From Coniocarpon cinnabarinum (lineage: Eukaryota), in the NCBI GenBank assembly GCA_051942205.1, contig JAVECO010000008.1, positions 124,001-188,000 on the forward strand: a DNA stretch of 64,000 bases. Direction: 5' to 3'. Within the stretch, counting starts at the first letter, position 1. Each line of letters opens with the position of its first letter. Below are positions 59,448 through 64,000 of this stretch, piece after piece. Below the pieces are notes generated by a model. It was not told the DNA's origin and searched no databases. It was given only the letters and a program-made list of their open reading frames with translations. Made by a program: the position numbers and the translations under genes.

Positions 59448-61626
59448 TCAGACCTTGACTTCTACACGGCCCTCATTGCCTGGTTGCCCGCCCTGAGCCA
59501 TGGAGGGTAGCAGATAGGTAATGTCGTCCCACGGGTGTCTGTAGAGACCAGTGCGCAGACGCTTCTGATCCAAGAAGTGGGCAATGAGACCGATTGATCG
59601 ACCGAGGACGAAGAGACCGTTGAGGACACCCATCTTCAAGTAGTCCTCAGCTTCCTCGGCGCTGAAAGCGCCGGAATTTCTCAACAGATCCACAAAGCAG
59701 ACAGCAACGCAGCCATCGACGTTGAGGATCAAGTTGTCCTTCTTGGACGTGGTGACAGTCTCTACGGCAATGGCGTAGTCGAGAAGCTTGCAAGATGGGA
59801 ACTTCTGTTGCACGAACTCCTTGACCAGTTCGACACGAAGGTCAGGGTTATTCCGGGATTTCACACGGTGGCCAATACCAGGAACTAAAGACGGGTTAGC
59901 TTACTTATCCAATCAAGGAAACGTAGCTGGGGGCTTAGGCATACTAAGCTTATTCTCTTTTCTCATGGTGTCAACAAAGTCACGCGGGCTCATGCCCTTA
60001 TCGTAGGCCTTGGTGAACTCCTCGGCAGCGCCATCAAGCGCGCCACCAAATCTTGATCCGATGGTCAACAGACCAGACACCAATGCGCTGATCAAATCCT
60101 TTCCAGCTCTTGTCGTGATGATGGTGTTCATCGCGCCTGACACCGCCGGACCATGGTCAGCGGTCAGCATGAGCACCATCTCGAGGAAGCGGCTGGCGTA
60201 GTCCGGAAGGCGTCGTCGGAACCACAGCAACGACATGACACCGCCAATCCCAATGTTGTCCTTAAATACATCCGAAATTGGCATACCAGCGTAGAGCAGC
60301 TCTTGACCACGGTCGTCGGAGATCGTAGAGATGAACGCTGCCGGTTTTCGGATAAGGCCGAGTTCTTGGGCCCAGGAGTAATCGATCGGAATCTTTGGGA
60401 CAGTAGGCTCGGGCGCGGGTTTGACCTGTCCCTTGTTGATCATCTGCTTGTAAACAGCAGCAAGAGTACCGGGCAGGTCCTCAAAGGTGTCTGGGACATG
60501 GAAACCAGCCTCCTTCATGGACTTGTTCTTCATCGCGGCCGTTTCTAGTTGGGAATTGGCGAAGGAGCCGGCGTGGCCGAATTGTACCTCAGTCTTGAGC
60601 ATGCCCGCGACGGTGCCGATTGCCCATGCAACAATAGGCTTAGTGATTCGGCCGCTTTTGACTGCTTCAATGACACGGTACTCTTCCACACCACCGACCT
60701 CTCCAAGAAGCAGGAGGATCTTGGCGTTCGGGTCGTCTTGGTACCGCAGCATGTGGTCGATGAACGTAGTTCCTGGATATCGGTCGCCACCAATGGCAAT
60801 ACCCTCGTATACACCATCGGTGGTCTGGGACACGATGTTGTTGAGCTCGTTCGACATGCCACCTGACTTTGAAACGTACGCGACAGAGCCGGGTCGGTAA
60901 AGCTTGGAGGCGACAATGTTGTCCATCATGCCACCTGTGTTGCCAATTTTATAAGCACCAGGCTTGATGCCGCCGACGGTCGCAGGACCAATAATCTCGA
61001 TGCCCTTCTTCTTCGCAACGTGCAGGATCTCACGCGCTCTCCGCTCCGGCACGCCTTCCGCAATAATGGCAATAGACTTGATCTGGGGATAATCCATGAG
61101 CTCCATGGTGGATGAGTATACACTGCGAGAAGAGGCGAAGTTCACGACGGTGTCGACTTCGCTGTGCTTGGCCATGGCCTTGTCTACAGACTGGTAGACC
61201 GGCAGCAGAGTCTCATTTGTCCCCCAGTACCTTTCCAGACCGTCAGCTCCAGTATCTCAAATTTGAACGCTTAGTAGTTGCTCACATCTTGCTCACGAAC
61301 TGTCCGCCGAATGTGTAGATGATGCCGGCAACTGAAGGGGCTGATCTCTTGCAGATGAAGTCAAAGTCCAGCATACCCTGCACTGCTCTTGGCTGCAAGC
61401 CACTGGGGAATACATTAATACAGCGGCCATAAAGCAGTCAATCGTTTGGCACTCACTAGACCAGACATCGTGTCTTGTTGTGGAAGAGGGCACTCAAATG
61501 GCCTGGACTGAGGGGTCGGGAGGGCGCCGTGAAGCGAGAGATGTTGTCGTTGGCCGAGCTGACTCCATTGGGGTGGCCTTTGGGAGTATCGCCATTGGTC
61601 ATCGGCGCTGTGGTTGCGGAGGGCAT
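59448..61626 (-). CDS. acl1: ATP-citrate lyase subunit 1 (CoA-binding/ligase and citrate-synthase-like domains)
   Basis: [54 protein letters not shown], phospho-His motif [16 protein letters not shown] and LYRHPWDDI. Three GT-AG introns near 61456-61404, 61285-61231 and 59944-59886. Confidence 0.97.
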
Positions 61627-62804
61627 GATGTGCAGTGGGTGGAGGTCAGGGAAAGCAGCAAAACCAACGCCTGTTTGTGTGTAGTGGGTCAGCGAGGGAG
61701 AAGCAGGTCGACGAAGCGGCGAGGAGGCGTGGAGCAGCGAGAATGGGTATGGAGGAGCCGAAGAGTGAGGTCAACGTTGTCGGGAAAGTCGGTGATCGGG
61801 GCTGAGTGTGGAAGAAAAAGGCCGGGGAAAGAGACAAAGACCAGCTCACGCGGCAGGCAGGGGACGCACCAAGTCAAAGATATCAATTGCCGGAAGAAGA
61901 CCGTCCTGGCACAGCAAAGAAAGAGGTGCACTGCTAGGCGGTGGTCAGGCCGTCAGAGCAAAGAGCAGGACGGGTTGATATGGCGGACGACAATTATTCA
62001 CTGCGAGAGCTGCGAACTGTACTGGCGTGGGTCTGAAAAGTGCTGGGGAGGCCCGAGCTCAGGGCAGTCTGGGGGCAGTTGGGGGTTTTGGGGACTCGGC
62101 GGCGCGCCAGGCTTCGGGTCCCCGTGGGTTTTTATTGGGCGCTTGTGGTGATTTAGCGGTGCCCGTGCCTGAGTTAGCAGTTAGCCCTTAAGCTTCCGCG
62201 CTCGCTCCCCCAAATATACGGAGTACAGTCACAACGCCAGCATCGCGGGAGGGACTCCGTAGCTCGTTGAATGTATTTCGCACTTCCAGTGTCATCGCAA
62301 GCCACTCGCGGTTGCGGCCCGTGTTGAAGATACAGGGAGACTGGGTTTTTCGAAGCACGAGCTGCAGCACAAGTATTGTACAGCAGAGTCGCTGCCTCCG
62401 AAGCAGAGATCGGGGCATTAGAAAAAGACCGGAGTAGGCGCAAGTGAATAAAGACCAACGCAAACGTCAGACGCGAAAAGAGCTGCCAGCCAGTCCCCAC
62501 CACAGTTTGGCCACTTTAGCGGCCCGACCGGCGCCGTTGCAGCATCCTGGGCTGGCGGACCTCAACACTCAGCCCTACGCAGCAAAAAAGTTACCTACGG
62601 GCTTGATCGTGCCTTGACCGCCAACACCGACACAACATCGCCGGCCAGCTTCACTCTCTTCTCGACCTATTCTGCTTCTCGTCGCAGTCTCGCACATCTC
62701 TGCCACTGTACCTAATCCTCTTTTCTCTCGCCTCTGCCGTCGCTTCACACCCTCCTCGAATAGCCATTGACCACTTCCCTCCCGGCCCGCGCAACCTCAG
62801 CTAG

Positions 62805-63046
62805 GTACGTCTGTCTCCATTGCGATGCAAATCCCGAAGTGCGCACACACACACACATGCCCTCCGCCGAAGATGACCTCTGCCGCCTCGGACTTTTCCT
62901 TATCTCGTGCACGCACGTCTGCAATCTGCTGGCGAAAGGTTCCCTCCTCAGAGAATCCATCCTTCGCTTTGTCCGCCTCTGGCCATTTTCCTCAACATCA
63001 ACTTCCAGCTCGGAGCTCCTGCTAACTGGTCACTTTCTCACTGCAG
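62805..63046 (+). other. Predicted 5'-UTR intron of acl2 containing a (CA)7 microsatellite
   Basis: AG|GTACGT donor at 62805, GCTAAC branch site at 63021 and CTGCAG acceptor ending at 63046, 33 nt before the ATG. (CA)7 at 62844-62857. Confidence 0.7.
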
Positions 63047-63079
63047 CCAGTCTTGAACCAAGCGCAGACTCAGGGCACC

Positions 63080-64000
63080 ATGTCGGCCAAATCCATCTAC
63101 GAGGGCGATGGCAAGGCTATCCTCAACTACCACCTCACCCGCTCACCGCTCATCAAACCCTCCCCTCTCCCGCACAGTGGTGTCCACAACCCACCTCCGA
63201 AGCTCGCCACTCTCAACTTCCCTGCAGACGCCTCGGTGTCAGGTGTGCTTGACCAAGCCGAGAGCACGTATCCTTGGCTGCTCGCCAAAGACGCCCGCTT
63301 CGTGTGCAAGCCAGACCAGCTGATCAAGCGAAGAGGAAAGAGTGGCCTGCTCGGATTGAACAAGACCTGGGCAGACGCTCGCGCTTGGATTCAAGACCGC
63401 GCCGGCAAGACACAGAAAGTCGAAACAGTCGATGGTGTACTACGGAACTTCCTCGTAGAGCCCTTCGTGCCGCACCCCCAGGAGACGGAATACTACATCA
63501 ACATCAACTCAGTCCGAGAAGGCGACTGGATTCTGTTCACGGACGAAGGTGGTGTCGATGTCGGCGATGTCGACGCCAAAGCCCAGAAACTGCTAATCCC
63601 CGTCGACCTTACCCAATATCCATCCAACGACGAAATCGCCTCTACCCTTTTGAAGAAGGTTCCCAAGGGTGTCCACAATGTCCTCGTCGACTTCATCTCC
63701 CGCCTCTACGCAGTTTACGTGGACTGCCAGTTCACGTACCTTGAGATCAACCCTCTCGTCGTCATCCCCAACGCAGACGCTACCTCTGCTGAGGTTCACT
63801 TCCTCGACCTGGCGGCCAAGCTCGATCAAACTGCTGAATTCGAGTGTGGTGTGAAATGGGCTATCGCTCGTTCCGCCAATGCGCTTGGCCTCTCAGTACC
63901 TGCTTCGGCTGGCAGCAAAGTCCAAATCGATGCTGGCCCACCGATGGAGTTCCCAGCACCTTTCGGCCGTGAGCTCTCCAAGGAAGAAGCCTACATCTCG
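63080..64000 (+). CDS. acl2: ATP-citrate lyase subunit 2 (ATP-grasp), 5' part, runs off the window
   Basis: MSAKSIYEGDGKAILNYHL...KPDQLIKRRGKSGLL...EGGVDVGDVDAKA...FTYLEINPLVV...LDLAAKLDQTAEFECG...FPAPFGRELSKEEAYI. It is absent from the ORF track because there is no stop in the window. Confidence 0.97.
   Translation, partial: MSAKSIYEGDGKAILNYHLTRSPLIKPSPLPHSGVHNPPPKLATLNFPADASVSGVLDQAESTYPWLLAKDARFVCKPDQLIKRRGKSGLLGLNKTWADARAWIQDRAGKTQKVETVDGVLRNFLVEPFVPHPQETEYYININSVREGDWILFTDEGGVDVGDVDAKAQKLLIPVDLTQYPSNDEIASTLLKKVPKGVHNVLVDFISRLYAVYVDCQFTYLEINPLVVIPNADATSAEVHFLDLAAKLDQTAEFECGVKWAIARSANALGLSVPASAGSKVQIDAGPPMEFPAPFGRELSKEEAYIS

Noticed and set aside
35222..64000. Lipid-metabolism gene cluster (GDE1, CYP52, DDHD lipase, ACL)
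   Set aside because: The genes are separated by unrelated loci, are ordinary housekeeping genes, and share no evident regulator or motif.

Overview
Gene-dense eukaryotic DNA from a filamentous ascomycete (Pezizomycotina), judged from short spliceosomal introns with CTRAY-type branch sites and the fungal gene families present. The species cannot be determined from the window. The housekeeping backbone is PRP43 (3' end), ATP25, VPS11, ADE4, cytoplasmic dynein heavy chain, a UBA/AT-hook protein, GDE1, a CYP52-clan P450, a DUF866 protein, a DDHD phospholipase, TRM2 and the divergent ATP-citrate lyase pair acl1/acl2. Accessory genes are interspersed: an alpha/beta-hydrolase-NACHT-WD40 NLR, a helical-N-terminal-domain NACHT protein, a helical-N-terminal-domain protein without NACHT, a Ser/Thr-rich protein with an internal duplication and an MFS pseudogene. 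Three observations stand out. (i) Both helical-N-terminal-domain genes appear to have a non-canonical GC-AG intron at the domain boundary, and its retention would release the free domain. (ii) An unexplained multi-stem inverted-repeat element at about 55.07-55.33 kb is a candidate structured RNA. (iii) A duplicated 42-codon motif shows 15 synonymous and 0 non-synonymous differences. I recognised no tRNA, rRNA, CRISPR array or intact transposon. All gene calls come from motif recognition by eye and all intron models are manual; no database search was run.
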